From assembly GCA_965261525.1 (NCBI GenBank), contig OZ253472.1:3596488-3660487 (forward strand): a DNA stretch of 64,000 nt, given 5' to 3'. Made by a program: the position numbers and the translations under genes. A model generated the notes under the pieces. It made no database searches and was not told where the DNA came from. It saw nothing but the letters and a program-made list of their open reading frames with translations. Source of the DNA: Dehalococcoidia bacterium (GTDB taxonomy: Bacteria > Chloroflexota > Dehalococcoidia > Lucifugimonadales > UBA1123). Shown in pieces: positions 26,028 to 35,915 of this stretch (the stretch's first letter is position 1; each line of letters starts with the position of its first letter).

Positions 26028-26575
26028 CTAGCCTACTGTGTTGGAACGCCGGGTCAGGCAGCAGGGAAGATAACACTGATTCCTGGAGGAGCAGAGATGA
26101 ACGAGGCCGTGCATACGGTTATTGTCATCTTGATCGAACTTAGGAATCATCCTGTCGAATTGCGAGGCGTGTCCCGATTCGTATCTTCCGTACACAGTGT
26201 TGGCGATTAGATCCGCTATCTGAAGCATCCTGCTGTTTTTGGACAATGTGAAGAAAGGTATGTCAACTATGTCCCGGAGTTCATGCCATCTTGTCCCCTC
26301 CAGCGCCAATTGCCGCGCCACCACCTCAAGACGATCTCGATAGCTGGAATCGGCTATGACGATAAGTCCTTTAACACGATCCCCACGCTCTCTATATCTC
26401 CGGTTCAGGAACTGATCGAATCTGGACAGCATATCTTCCAAGGCTCGTTCGTAAGGGTCCTCACCTTCTGGTCTGCCGCCCAGTAGATATTGGTCTCGTA
26501 AACGGAAACGCCCGCCATTTCGTATTGGCGGGCGTTCGACTGGGTTCCTGATTCGTCCAGATAGAGTAGATACAT
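26028..26575 (-). pseudogene. DUF3800 protein gene with a frameshift
   Basis: The ATG at 26575 gives MYLLYLDESGTQS...AGVSVYE (the DUF3800 start). The rest (LIVIADSS...MLQIADLIANTVY) is in another frame (ORF 26028..26441). Confidence 0.55.
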
Positions 26576-26765
26576 TAAAGGGCTGTGTAAGCCACCCTGA
26601 GATATTGTAAGGTGGCCGAGTGAAATATTTATCTCAGCGAACCGGGTACCAGTGGTCCTCCCAGCCCGAGTACAATGTATATTACGCCGTGATATTTGTC
26701 AACTGTTTTTGATTTGCGAACTTGCGTGGTATCCTTGCCCCATCTTCAGTGTAGAGGTTTGGATA

Positions 26766-27827
26766 ATGGATAAGGTTCGGCTGGCTATAGTAGGTTGCGG
26801 CACAATTTCACAGCTCAACGCGCCGGGGTATCTGGCGCATGAGAATTGCGAGGTGGTCGCGCTGTGCGACCCTGTTCGAGAGAGAGCGGAAGGTCGCGCC
26901 AAAGAGTGGGGCATAAGCGCCCGCATCTACACGGACTACGCCGACGTTCTCAACGACTCTGACGTGGACGCCGTGGAGTTGCTGACGCCGACACCGCTGC
27001 ATCCTGAGCAGATAATCTCCGGCCTCGAGGCGGGCAAGCACGTCTCGTGTCAGAAGCCGACCGCGGGCAGTCTCGATGAGATGCGCGCAATCGCGGAAGC
27101 GGCGAGCGGGGCGGACACGTTCTTCAGGACGACCGAGAACTTTCTGTACTACCCGCCTATCGTAAAGGCGAAGGAGTTAATCAGCGATGGGACGCTGGGC
27201 GATATTACCATGGTGAGTATTCGCACGTTGCGGGGTGGAGGCAGCGAGGTCGCGATTCCCATAACCGAGGGCGCGTACGTATGGCGCCAGGACAGGGAAC
27301 GCAACATGGGCGGCCATATGTACGACGACGGATGGCACAAGGTTTCTACTGCTATGTGGTGGGGCGGCAGTGTGGAGAAGGTGTCCGCGATCATCACGCG
27401 GACGGAAAACTTCATACAGGAGATTCCGAGCGTGGCAACCTGGAAGTACGCGGACAAGGACTGTCTCGCGGTGTTCGAGTACGCCAGCGCGAGGGAGATG
27501 CCGATACGCTCCCGGTACTACCCTGCGGACGAGTTCATGGAGGTCATAGGCTCGAAGGGCGTGCTGTGGGTGACGCGCTGCACCGGCGAAATGCTGGATA
27601 TGCCGCCGTTGGTATTGCATCTTGGGAACGAAAGTGTCTCGTACCAGATGCCTATGGACTGGATAGAGAGCTTCAACGGCGCGGCGGCGGACTTTGTCGA
27701 GGGCATACTTGAGGGCCGTCAGCCGATGATGGACGCGGAGTTCTCGGACGATGTTCTCAGGGCGATAATCGCTATGTACAGGTCGTCGGACAGCGGCGAG
27801 TGGAAGGTTCCGGGAGAACTGGAGTAG
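26766..27827 (+). CDS. Gfo/Idh/MocA-family oxidoreductase
   Basis: MDKVRLAIVGCGTISQ (Rossmann GxGxxG)...EKP-like CQKP motif. The start is trimmed to 26766. Confidence 0.8.
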   Translation: MDKVRLAIVGCGTISQLNAPGYLAHENCEVVALCDPVRERAEGRAKEWGISARIYTDYADVLNDSDVDAVELLTPTPLHPEQIISGLEAGKHVSCQKPTAGSLDEMRAIAEAASGADTFFRTTENFLYYPPIVKAKELISDGTLGDITMVSIRTLRGGGSEVAIPITEGAYVWRQDRERNMGGHMYDDGWHKVSTAMWWGGSVEKVSAIITRTENFIQEIPSVATWKYADKDCLAVFEYASAREMPIRSRYYPADEFMEVIGSKGVLWVTRCTGEMLDMPPLVLHLGNESVSYQMPMDWIESFNGAAADFVEGILEGRQPMMDAEFSDDVLRAIIAMYRSSDSGEWKVPGELE

Positions 27828-27832
27828 GTAGC

Positions 27833-28051
27833 CTAACCGTGATGGGTTACAGGATCTGCCGCGGGGGTGGGAGAGCGTCCCTTATCCACGTCTGCGGCGG
27901 CTCGCTTCGAGAATGACCGGGCGTAATCTTGGTAGCGCCTGATTTCGGATTCCAGATTCTCGACAGACCGCCATTCGCCGCGCTCGAAGGAGTCTTCAAG
28001 TCCCCGCTCTTCCTCGTCGAGTTCGACCTTGTCAAAATCAATCATTATCAT
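27833..28051 (-). CDS. brnA: BrnA-like antitoxin
   Basis: A small acidic protein (LDEEERGLEDSFERGEWRSVENLE) overlapping the stop of the DUF497 toxin gene. Confidence 0.55.
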   Translation of the reverse strand: MIMIDFDKVELDEEERGLEDSFERGEWRSVENLESEIRRYQDYARSFSKRAAADVDKGRSPTPAADPVTHHG

Positions 28052-28419
28052 CTCTCTTGCGACAAGTAGTCTCTGGTAGCTTTCCGACTGGGGTAAACTG
28101 TCTTCAGTATGATCCCACGCTCAGTTTCTTCAAACGGAACCATGTAGGTGTAATCTCCGATACGAACTACGAATATGCGCTGACCGGGATACATGGCTTG
28201 GTTGTGATGGTTTACCACATTCAACAAGTCGCCATGTTCTATATGGAAGACCACATCCTCAAAGGACACATACCCACGGGTTTGATCCCGCTTCAGGATT
28301 TCATTCTTGTGTTCGTCCCAATAGAAATCCGGCACGCCGGCATTATACCAGAGTAGGCGGTACATCGCTGAGACATTGAGGTAATCGTGATATAATCCAC
28401 GCGATGGAATATCCCTCAT
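28048..28419 (-). CDS. brnT: BrnT (DUF497) family toxin
   Basis: FYWDEHKNEILKRD..RGYVSFEDVV...ILKTVYPSRKATRDYL. The true start may be the Met at 28365. Confidence 0.65.
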   Translation of the reverse strand: MRDIPSRGLYHDYLNVSAMYRLLWYNAGVPDFYWDEHKNEILKRDQTRGYVSFEDVVFHIEHGDLLNVVNHHNQAMYPGQRIFVVRIGDYTYMVPFEETERGIILKTVYPSRKATRDYLSQER

Positions 28420-28454
28420 TAGCTAATTGATTACGCTCTGTAGAGAGGAACGAT

Positions 28455-29231
28455 ATGCCCAAATTTGCCGCCAACCTGACTATGCTGTTCAACGAAGTGG
28501 ACTTCCTCGACAGGTTCGAGGCGGCGGCGGGCGCGGGATTCCAGGGCGTCGAGTTCCTCTTCCCGTACGACTACGACGCCGACGCGCTGGTGGAGCGACT
28601 CCAGGAGCATGGGCTCGCGCAGGTTCTCCACAACCTGCCCGCGGGCGACTGGAACGCCGGCGAGCGCGGCATCGCCTGCCACCCGGACAGGGTGAGCGAG
28701 TTCCGGGACGGCGTAGCCAAGGCGATTGAGTACGCGACCGCGCTGGGCTGCAAGCAGGTCAACTGCCTTGCGGGCATAGCTCCCAGAAGCGTGTCGGAGC
28801 AGAGGGCGCACGAGACTTTCGTGGAAAATCTCAGGTTCGCCGCGCCCGCGTTGGAAGAGACGGGAGTACGGCTTCTGATAGAGCCCATCAACACGATTGA
28901 TATACCCGGCTTCTTCCTGACTCGCACGTACCAGGGCAGGTCAATTATCAGCGAAGTGGCTTCGCCTAACCTGTCCTTGCAGCACGACATCTACCACATG
29001 CAGATTATGGAGGGCGACCTTGCCCGCACAATAGAGCAGAACCTGGACATAATTGCCCATATGCAGCTCGCGGATAACCCGGGGCGGCACGAGCCCGGCA
29101 CCGGCGAGATTAACTACCCGTTCCTGTTCGACCTGATTGACTCCTCCGGCTACGATGGCTGGATAGGCTGCGAATACATACCCAGCTCGACGACTGAAGA
29201 GGGTTTGGGCTGGATGCGGGGGCGTGTATGA
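28455..29231 (+). CDS. hyi: Hydroxypyruvate isomerase family TIM-barrel protein
   Basis: MPKFAANLTMLFNEVDFLDRFEAAAGAGFQGVEFLFPYDY...IEPIN...HMQLAD. Confidence 0.8.
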   Translation: MPKFAANLTMLFNEVDFLDRFEAAAGAGFQGVEFLFPYDYDADALVERLQEHGLAQVLHNLPAGDWNAGERGIACHPDRVSEFRDGVAKAIEYATALGCKQVNCLAGIAPRSVSEQRAHETFVENLRFAAPALEETGVRLLIEPINTIDIPGFFLTRTYQGRSIISEVASPNLSLQHDIYHMQIMEGDLARTIEQNLDIIAHMQLADNPGRHEPGTGEINYPFLFDLIDSSGYDGWIGCEYIPSSTTEEGLGWMRGRV

Positions 29232-29340
29232 TTTTGACCCTATGGCGCAAACGGCTCAATGCCGCATTGAAGAGGCAACCGTCTTGAAGAAGTGGATAGG
29301 GATGCCACTCAACAACCTATATCAGGAAGGATAAGTTATC

Positions 29341-30129
29341 ATGTTCTCACAGAAGTACGAAGATTTGGAACGCAGATTCTGTGAGCAGGTTCAGAAGGAT
29401 TTCGACTGTTGTAGCCTCGAAAGCGGTATGTTACGCAACATTCAACCGGATGGACCTGTTGACTTCATTCTGATAGCCCAAGAGCCAGCGTGGGGTGGAC
29501 ATACTCCGACCGGCAGACGCCTGCCCGACTGGGAATGCGTCAAGGATAGGGAGAATCGAAACTTCTGTGGCAGCATATACGACTTTATGTTCCATTTCTG
29601 CGTCAGGAAATACCTGTGCGAAGAGGATCAGACATACTATCTGACAGACCTATCAAAAGGCGCGATGTCGGTTAAACAGGCAACGGCTACTAGCCGCGAG
29701 ACATACAAGAGATGGTATCCGCTATTGGTCGAGGAGCTCAACCTCATGGCAAAATCGGAGGGTACTCATATCATCGCCATCGGCAGGAAGGTTCAAACAT
29801 TCCTCAGAAAGCGCACGGAGTTTGAAAGAATAGATTGGGTATCGCACTACTCCAGAAATGCAACGCCGTATAAAATAAAAGCAATACAACCGTGTATCAA
29901 TGAGTTCCCGGGATTCGCCGAGACGTTGAACTTCGACGATGTTCTGAACACGACCGAAGATGTGCTGAATCGAGCGGGATACTGCGAGAAATCGCGCAAG
30001 GACAAGCGGCAGCAACTTAAAAGTGGATCGCGCTTGACCGACGTCCGCAAGAAGTCGGTCTTCTACTACAAGAAGCGGTTTGAAGAACTGAAGGTCAGTA
30101 AGGGTCTGATCTGGAAAGGCGAATCATAA
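29341..30129 (+). CDS. Hypothetical protein, possible uracil-DNA-glycosylase-superfamily fold
   Basis: FILIAQEPAWGG (compare UDG motif A, GQDPY/GEAPG), YYLTDLSKGA, and a late SHYS (compare HPS). It looks lower in GC than its neighbours. The assignment is tentative. Confidence 0.3.
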   Translation: MFSQKYEDLERRFCEQVQKDFDCCSLESGMLRNIQPDGPVDFILIAQEPAWGGHTPTGRRLPDWECVKDRENRNFCGSIYDFMFHFCVRKYLCEEDQTYYLTDLSKGAMSVKQATATSRETYKRWYPLLVEELNLMAKSEGTHIIAIGRKVQTFLRKRTEFERIDWVSHYSRNATPYKIKAIQPCINEFPGFAETLNFDDVLNTTEDVLNRAGYCEKSRKDKRQQLKSGSRLTDVRKKSVFYYKKRFEELKVSKGLIWKGES

Positions 30130-30353
30130 TGCCGGACGAGAGACATAGCCGCTGGACCGACAACCCGTTTCAGCCGCCGAACGCGTCGCCTGAGCTCTTG
30201 GAGTGGTATGAAAAGCGCGACAGAGCGATACGGATCTGGCGGGAGACCGGGGACGACAGCATGGCTATTGAGATCGGACTGTTCCCAAGCCCGGAGGAAG
30301 AGGAGGCGGCAGGAGCGAAGTTCAGAAATACGGAAGTCGAAGATCGCGAGTGA
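30129..30353 (+). CDS. 74-aa acidic hypothetical protein
   Basis: Its start overlaps the previous stop (ATAATG), suggesting translational coupling. No recognisable motif. Confidence 0.4.
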   Translation: MPDERHSRWTDNPFQPPNASPELLEWYEKRDRAIRIWRETGDDSMAIEIGLFPSPEEEEAAGAKFRNTEVEDRE

Positions 30354-30460
30354 ACCCCCTCTGTGTATTAGGCATCGGCGTCAGTCGTTGATTGTGGCTT
30401 ATTGATTCCCGCACCCCGATTGCGCGGTAATGAAGGCATTAAAGAAGAGAGGACGGCATC

Positions 30461-32845
30461 ATGGTCACCACAGCGACCAGCGCAGATACGGAAGGCTTCA
30501 TTGACCGCGACCATGCGCTGGGGCAGATACAGGACCGCCTTCTGTGGCTTTCGATGAACATGATTCATCACGCCAACAACGTGCGTCCCAGTCCGGACGG
30601 CGCCAAGGTTGGCGGACACCAGGCGTCGAGCGCGTCCGTCGCCACGATAATGACATCTCTGTACTTCGACTTCATGCGCGCGGGCGACCGCATATCGGTC
30701 AAGCCGCACGCGGCGCCCGTATATCACGCTATCCAGTACCTGCTGGACAACCTCGACCCCAAGTATCTGACCATGCTGCGCGAGTATCACGGTCTCCAGG
30801 CGTATCCCAGCCGCACGAAGGACCCGGACGACGTGGACTTTTCCACCGGCTCGGTCGGGCTTGGCCCGGTCGCCCCCAACTTCGCGGCGCTGGTGGACAA
30901 GTACAACAAGGCGCACCTGTTCACACACTCCAGGGTTGACCACCGCTATATAGCGATAGTGGGCGACGCGGAACTGGACGAAGGCTCGGTCTGGGAAGCC
31001 ATCGCGGAGCCGGAGATGCAGGAGCTTGGCAACGTTCTATGGGTGGTTGACCTGAACAGGCAGAGCCTCGACCGCGTGATACCCGGGATACGAGTTCGCG
31101 CGTGGCGAGAGATGTTCTACGCCAACGGCTGGAACGTGATTGACGCCAAGTACGGCAAGAAGCTCCAGGCCAAGTTCGCGGAGCCGAACGGCGAACTGCT
31201 TCGGCTGGCGATAGACGAAATGCCGAACGAGGTCTATCAGCGGCTGCTGAGAGTGCCGCCCCAGCGTCTGCGCGAATGGCTTCCCAGGACTTCGCGCTAC
31301 CCCAGGGACATGGCTCGGCTGGTGGCGCGCTGGGATGACGACGATCTGCAGGAATCTTTCCGCAACCTGGGCGGACACGATTTCTCCGAACTGCGCGACG
31401 CCTTCTCGCAGGTTGACTTCGGCTCCGGCCCCAATATCGTGTTCGCGTACACGCTGAAGGGATGGCGTCTGCCGTCTGTCGGCGACCCGCAGAATCACTC
31501 GGTCGTGCTGTCCGACAGACAGATGGAGCAACTGCGTGACGAGTTGAACGTCGAGGCGGGCGGAGAGTGGGACAGGCTTTCCCCGGACGTCCCGGCGGGC
31601 CGTATATGCTCCGATACGGGACGTATGCTGGGCATAGGCCGCAAGCCCAGGTTCGACATACCGGAGATGCGTATTCCCGACGACTTCAATCAGCGATACT
31701 CCGGCAGCATGGCCACGCAGCAGACATTCGGACTCATCATGACCGCCATCTCGCGCGAACTGCTGGAGGTGTCCGACCGGATGGTCACCGTCAGCCCCGA
31801 CGTGGCGAGTTCGACCAACCTGGGCGGCTGGATAAACAAGGTCGGCGTGTGGGGAGAAGACAACAAGGAACCGATGCCTGAGGAGTCCATAGTCAGGGCG
31901 CTCAGGTGGGATATGCACGCGCGCGGGCAGCATATAGAACTGGGCATATCCGAGAACAATCTGTTTATGATGCTCGGACAGTTGGGGTCGTCCTTCGAGG
32001 ACAATGGGGAGATGCTCTTTCCCATAGGAACCCTGTACGACCCGTTCATCAGGCGTGGTCTGGACGCCTTCGTGTACAGCGTCTATTCGGGCGCGAAGTT
32101 CATGGTGGTCGGTACGCCATCGGGCGTGTCCCTGGCCCCGGAGGGCGGCGCGCACCAGTCGCAGATAACCCCGTCCATAGGGACAGAAATCTCTGAACTC
32201 GATTTCTATGAACCCTGCTTCGGGCAGGAACTTGAGTGGATAATGCTGGCCGCTCTGGAACAGATCAGGCAGCGGAGCAGGTCAACGTATCTCAGACTGA
32301 CCAGCAAGCGTGTTGACCAGGGTTTGCTGAAGACGCCGGAAGACCCCATCGCCAGAAGTCGGCTGCGGCGGCAGGTGTTGAACGGCGCTTACAGGCTGGT
32401 TGACAGAAGTTCGAGCCGGGGATACAAGCCGGGTGAGAACGTGGTTCATATAATGGCGAGCGGCGCGATGATCCCTGAGGCCGCCGCCGCCAGCAACGCC
32501 CTGCTCAATGAGGGGATATTCGCCAACGTGGTCAACGTAACCGGGCCCGGCCCTCTGTACAGGTCGTTCCAGCGTTCGGTTTACGATTCGATGGACGGTC
32601 GAGGCAGCCTGGATATGTTCATGGCGGACTCGGTCTCGCCGGACGCTCGAAACGCCCCGGTCGTAACGGTCGTGGACGGACACCCGCACTCGCTGGCCTG
32701 GGTGGGCAGCGCGCTGAAGACGCTGGTCATCCCCGTGGGCGTAACCGAGTTCGGGCAGTCCGGTTCAAGGGACGAGTTGTACCGGGAATACCGCATAGAC
32801 AGGGACAGTATAATGGCCGCAAGCTACGCTGCCCTCGGCATGTAG
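30461..32845 (+). CDS. Homodimeric-type 2-oxoacid (pyruvate) dehydrogenase E1 component, ThDP-dependent
   Basis: GGHQASSASVATIMTSLYF...KPHAAPVYHAIQYL...STGSVGLGP...IVGDAELDEGSVWEAI...VVDLNRQSLD. It is shorter (794 aa) than classical AceE. Confidence 0.75.
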   Translation: MVTTATSADTEGFIDRDHALGQIQDRLLWLSMNMIHHANNVRPSPDGAKVGGHQASSASVATIMTSLYFDFMRAGDRISVKPHAAPVYHAIQYLLDNLDPKYLTMLREYHGLQAYPSRTKDPDDVDFSTGSVGLGPVAPNFAALVDKYNKAHLFTHSRVDHRYIAIVGDAELDEGSVWEAIAEPEMQELGNVLWVVDLNRQSLDRVIPGIRVRAWREMFYANGWNVIDAKYGKKLQAKFAEPNGELLRLAIDEMPNEVYQRLLRVPPQRLREWLPRTSRYPRDMARLVARWDDDDLQESFRNLGGHDFSELRDAFSQVDFGSGPNIVFAYTLKGWRLPSVGDPQNHSVVLSDRQMEQLRDELNVEAGGEWDRLSPDVPAGRICSDTGRMLGIGRKPRFDIPEMRIPDDFNQRYSGSMATQQTFGLIMTAISRELLEVSDRMVTVSPDVASSTNLGGWINKVGVWGEDNKEPMPEESIVRALRWDMHARGQHIELGISENNLFMMLGQLGSSFEDNGEMLFPIGTLYDPFIRRGLDAFVYSVYSGAKFMVVGTPSGVSLAPEGGAHQSQITPSIGTEISELDFYEPCFGQELEWIMLAALEQIRQRSRSTYLRLTSKRVDQGLLKTPEDPIARSRLRRQVLNGAYRLVDRSSSRGYKPGENVVHIMASGAMIPEAAAASNALLNEGIFANVVNVTGPGPLYRSFQRSVYDSMDGRGSLDMFMADSVSPDARNAPVVTVVDGHPHSLAWVGSALKTLVIPVGVTEFGQSGSRDELYREYRIDRDSIMAASYAALGM

Positions 32846-32921
32846 CTCCGGAAGGAAGAGAAGAACATGGTTATACCAATCCATAATGATGACGCCATGT
32901 TTTCCAAGCCGGATTCACTGG

Positions 32922-32944
32922 ATTCCCGCCTTCGCGGGAATGAC
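32922..32944 (-). repeat. REP-like hairpin (hairpin-only copy)
   Basis: ATTCCCGCCTTCGCGGGAATGAC. Confidence 0.6.
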
Positions 32945-32987
32945 GATACACAACTTGCAACCGGCGTTCACGGCGCAGTCAGGATGA

Positions 32988-33293
32988 AATGGTATTAGAC
33001 CCATTAGAGTAGAAACCCGACCGGGATACCGGATATGGCTGGAATACTCGGACGGCGTCTCCGGCGAGATTGACCTCTCGGACATGGCAGGCAAGGGTGT
33101 GTTTAAGGCATGGAATGAACCAGGCTATTTCGACAGGGTACATATAGCCCCAAGTGGAGCGATAGCCTGGGACGAAAACCTTGATCTTTGCCCGGAGTCC
33201 CTGTACATGGAACTCACAGGCAAGACATTTGAGGAATTGCTGGCGTATGAAGAATCTTTGACTGAGACTCAGACTGCGCTTGGCGATGCCTGA
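32988..33293 (+). CDS. DUF2442 domain protein (start unclear)
   Basis: IRVETRPGYRIWLEYSDGVSGEIDLSD...IAPSGAIAWDENLDLCPESLY. There is no canonical start upstream of Met 33084, and an ATG at 32984 is out of frame. Confidence 0.5.
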   Translation, partial: NGIRPIRVETRPGYRIWLEYSDGVSGEIDLSDMAGKGVFKAWNEPGYFDRVHIAPSGAIAWDENLDLCPESLYMELTGKTFEELLAYEESLTETQTALGDA

Positions 33294-33538
33294 GCTTTGT
33301 AGATTCTACGGGATCATCATACGTATGTACGCTGAAGATCATCCGCCGCCCACTTCCATGTAGAATACAGCGGACGCCAAGCCCAGGTGGGAATTGAGCC
33401 TATTGAGATTTTGCGGGGCAGGCTTCCGCAGGTTGGGCGTCCATTCGCCAAACGGAGTTGCGTGAAGCGTGGAAGCGATTACAGCGCATGGAATCGCCCG
33501 GTAAAATAGCGCCGTTGGAGCAGGGAGATTGCATCTAA
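33286..33538 (+). pseudogene. DUF4160 protein gene with at least two frameshifts and a MITE before its stop
   Basis: MPELCRFYGIIIRMYAEDHPPP, then a shift to HFHVEYSGRQAQVGIEPIEILRGRLPQ, then a shift to ASIRQTELREAWKRLQRMESPGKIAPLE. The MITE enters directly after ...PLE. Confidence 0.6.
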
Positions 33539-33872
33539 ATATGCGCGATGTCCTTGTACATTTGTGCTTATTTGACTACAATATCCCCATGACTCGCCAT
33601 TACCATGAAACACTCGACCGGACACCCGCCGCCCGAAATCTACAACTGAACCCTGAAAACCATAAATACAAAGTTATATGATGGAAATTCCGGGCGCTTG
33701 GGAAAACTCCTTCAAAGCTAATGCAGGTGAAATGCAGGTGGATGCAGGTTCAGCGTCCACCTGTTAGGTCACCAGTTGAGCCACCTGCACTCACCTGCAG
33801 GACGACCTGAGCGATATAAACCGAAATATATAAAACAGTCCTGCCTGCTGAAATTTAGATGCGATTGCCCTG
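33521..33872 (-). mobile_element. 352-bp MITE (family C), copy 2, inverted relative to copy 1
   Basis: A perfect 10-bp target duplication GCCGTTGGAG lies at 33511..33520 and 33873..33882. I count about 8 mismatches to copy 1 by eye. Confidence 0.9.
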
Positions 33873-33958
33873 GCCGTTGGAGTAGTACGACATAGTATCT
33901 GACACGTCTAACAAGCTGGTCTCTCATACTCGGCAGTAATAAAATCGGAGGAACTCCC

Positions 33959-34384
33959 TTGGCTAAAATACTCGTTTTGCACGGTCTCGGAATGAATATG
34001 CGGGGCAAGGTCCAGACGCATATCTTCGGCACGGAAACGCTCGATCAATATGACGAGCGGATCAACTCCTATGCTGAAGAACTCGGCGTCAAGGTGGAGA
34101 TCTTCCACTCCAACATAGAGGGCGAAGTCGTCAACAAGATATACGACGCCCACGAGAGCGGCGACGTGAGCGCGGCCCTTTTCAACCCCGCGGCATACTC
34201 CTCCGGCCATCCCGGGGTCATCGCGGCGATAGCCCAGGTGGACTTTCCGTTTTACGAGATTCACATATCCAACCCCTACTCCAGGGGCGGTCAGTCCCAG
34301 GTTGCTGGAGTCTCTAAGGGCGTCATTACAGGGTTCGGTCTGTTCGGATACTACTTGGGCATGAGGGGCGTTCTGGCGTCCTAG
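33959..34384 (+). CDS. aroQ: Type II 3-dehydroquinate dehydratase-like protein
   Basis: ILVLHGLGMNMRG...FHSNIEGEVVNKI...ALFNPAAYS...YEIHISNPYSRG. Somewhat divergent from the canonical AroQ. Confidence 0.65.
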   Translation: MAKILVLHGLGMNMRGKVQTHIFGTETLDQYDERINSYAEELGVKVEIFHSNIEGEVVNKIYDAHESGDVSAALFNPAAYSSGHPGVIAAIAQVDFPFYEIHISNPYSRGGQSQVAGVSKGVITGFGLFGYYLGMRGVLAS

Positions 34385-34455
34385 TAAGGGTGAGGACTGG
34401 CGCCGGAAAGTCAGAGCGTTAAGAAGAAATCACATATCCGCGCCTTAATACCGAT

Positions 34456-35064
34456 ATGCTTGAAATAGCCCTCACACTCGTCATAGCCTTCGTACTTGGC
34501 TCGTTCCCGACGGCGTACATAGCGGGAAGAGTTTTGTCTGAGTCGGACATACGCGAAGTTGGCAGCGGCAATCCGGGCGCGCTGAACGCGGCGCGGAGCA
34601 TGGGTATAGGCGTCGGAGTGGCGGTGCTGCTGATTGACGCCGCTAAGGGCATCCTCGCCGTATTCGTCGCGCTCCAGATGCCGGTCTCCGACCTGTGGGT
34701 GTACGCCTCAGCCCTTATGGTCACGCTTGGGCACAACTTCTCGCCGTTCACCGGATTCAGGGGCGGGAAGGGCGCCGCGAGCGTTCTGGGCATTTCCGCG
34801 TTCATGCTATGGCATATTACCGCCATCACATTCGCGGTCGGCCTCGTCGTCTATCTCGCCACCCGTCAGGCGGTTGTGTCCATGACGGTCGTGTTCATAG
34901 TTCTCAACGCGCTGACCATAGCGACCGGGCAGTCAACCGGCCAGATAGTCCTCTGCCTCATACTTTCCCTGCTCGTCGCGGGAACACACCTCTTGCGGGA
35001 GCGCGACAGGGTTTCGTCTTCAATCAGAGAGAGGAACTGGCGCCGATTCATGTCCATAGAGTAA
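34456..35064 (+). CDS. plsY: Glycerol-3-phosphate acyltransferase PlsY
   Basis: GSFPTAYIAGR...DIREVGSGNPGALNA...LGHNFSPFTGFRGGKGAAS. Confidence 0.85.
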   Translation: MLEIALTLVIAFVLGSFPTAYIAGRVLSESDIREVGSGNPGALNAARSMGIGVGVAVLLIDAAKGILAVFVALQMPVSDLWVYASALMVTLGHNFSPFTGFRGGKGAASVLGISAFMLWHITAITFAVGLVVYLATRQAVVSMTVVFIVLNALTIATGQSTGQIVLCLILSLLVAGTHLLRERDRVSSSIRERNWRRFMSIE

Positions 35065-35194
35065 CGATCCGCGACTCATACCTTGTTCGTCGGTCGTCGG
35101 TGGCGTATCCGAATCAAAATGGGTAGAATGGCGCCAGCATAAAGCGCGGCGCAGGATGAAGCCGTGCAATCTATTTTCGGAGCGCCAGGACACC

Positions 35195-35896
35195 ATGAGA
35201 CTTACGATATTGCTAACCGCGCTTGCCATTATCGCGTTTGCAGCCTTCGCGTGCAGTTCGGAAGAAGAACCCGAACCTGCGCCGGCCTCGGCAAACCAGA
35301 CCCAGACGCAACCCGCACCCCAGCCCCAGAGCGGTCCCAAGCAGTGGGACTCCCCGCCCGCGATGGTCATAGACACGTCGAAGAGCTACAAGGCCGTTTT
35401 CGAACTCGAGAAGGGCGACGAGTTCGAGGTCGAACTGTACGCGGACAAGGTTCCGTCCGTGGTCAACAACTTCGTCTTCCTCGCGCGTGAGGGCTTCTAC
35501 GACGGCGTTACGTTCCACCGCGTGCTGGAAGGCTTCATGGCTCAGACGGGCGACCCGTTCGGAACCGGCAGGGGTGGCCCCGGCTACCGATTCGAGAGCG
35601 AGTTCCACCCCGACCTCAGCCACGACAGCGCAGGCATACTGTCCATGGCGAACGCGGGCGGACTAAACACCAACGGAAGCCAGTTCTTCATCACCTTCGT
35701 CCCGACGCCGATGCTGGACGGCTACAACCCCGACGGGTCGGAGAAGAACTGCGCTCAGCGAGGCGTGTCCTGCCACTCGGTATTCGGCAAGGTCACCAGT
35801 GGAATGGACGTGGTGAACAACATCACACTGCGCGACCCTTCCTCAGCCACCACGCCCGGAGACGTCATAACCACGATTCGGATCGTCGAAGAGTAA
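35195..35896 (+). CDS. Cyclophilin-type peptidyl-prolyl isomerase, secreted/lipoprotein
   Basis: Signal peptide MRLTILLTALAIIAFAAFACSS, then FHRVLEGFMAQTGDP, GGPGY.F..E, and LSMANAGGLNTNGSQFFITF. Confidence 0.85.
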   Translation: MRLTILLTALAIIAFAAFACSSEEEPEPAPASANQTQTQPAPQPQSGPKQWDSPPAMVIDTSKSYKAVFELEKGDEFEVELYADKVPSVVNNFVFLAREGFYDGVTFHRVLEGFMAQTGDPFGTGRGGPGYRFESEFHPDLSHDSAGILSMANAGGLNTNGSQFFITFVPTPMLDGYNPDGSEKNCAQRGVSCHSVFGKVTSGMDVVNNITLRDPSSATTPGDVITTIRIVEE

Positions 35897-35915
35897 AATC
35901 TGGTGAGGGTATGCA

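Noticed and set aside
31037-32155. A 372-aa minus-strand ORF inside the E1 dehydrogenase gene.
   Set aside because: It is antisense to a gene with clear ThDP-enzyme motifs and has no recognisable features of its own.
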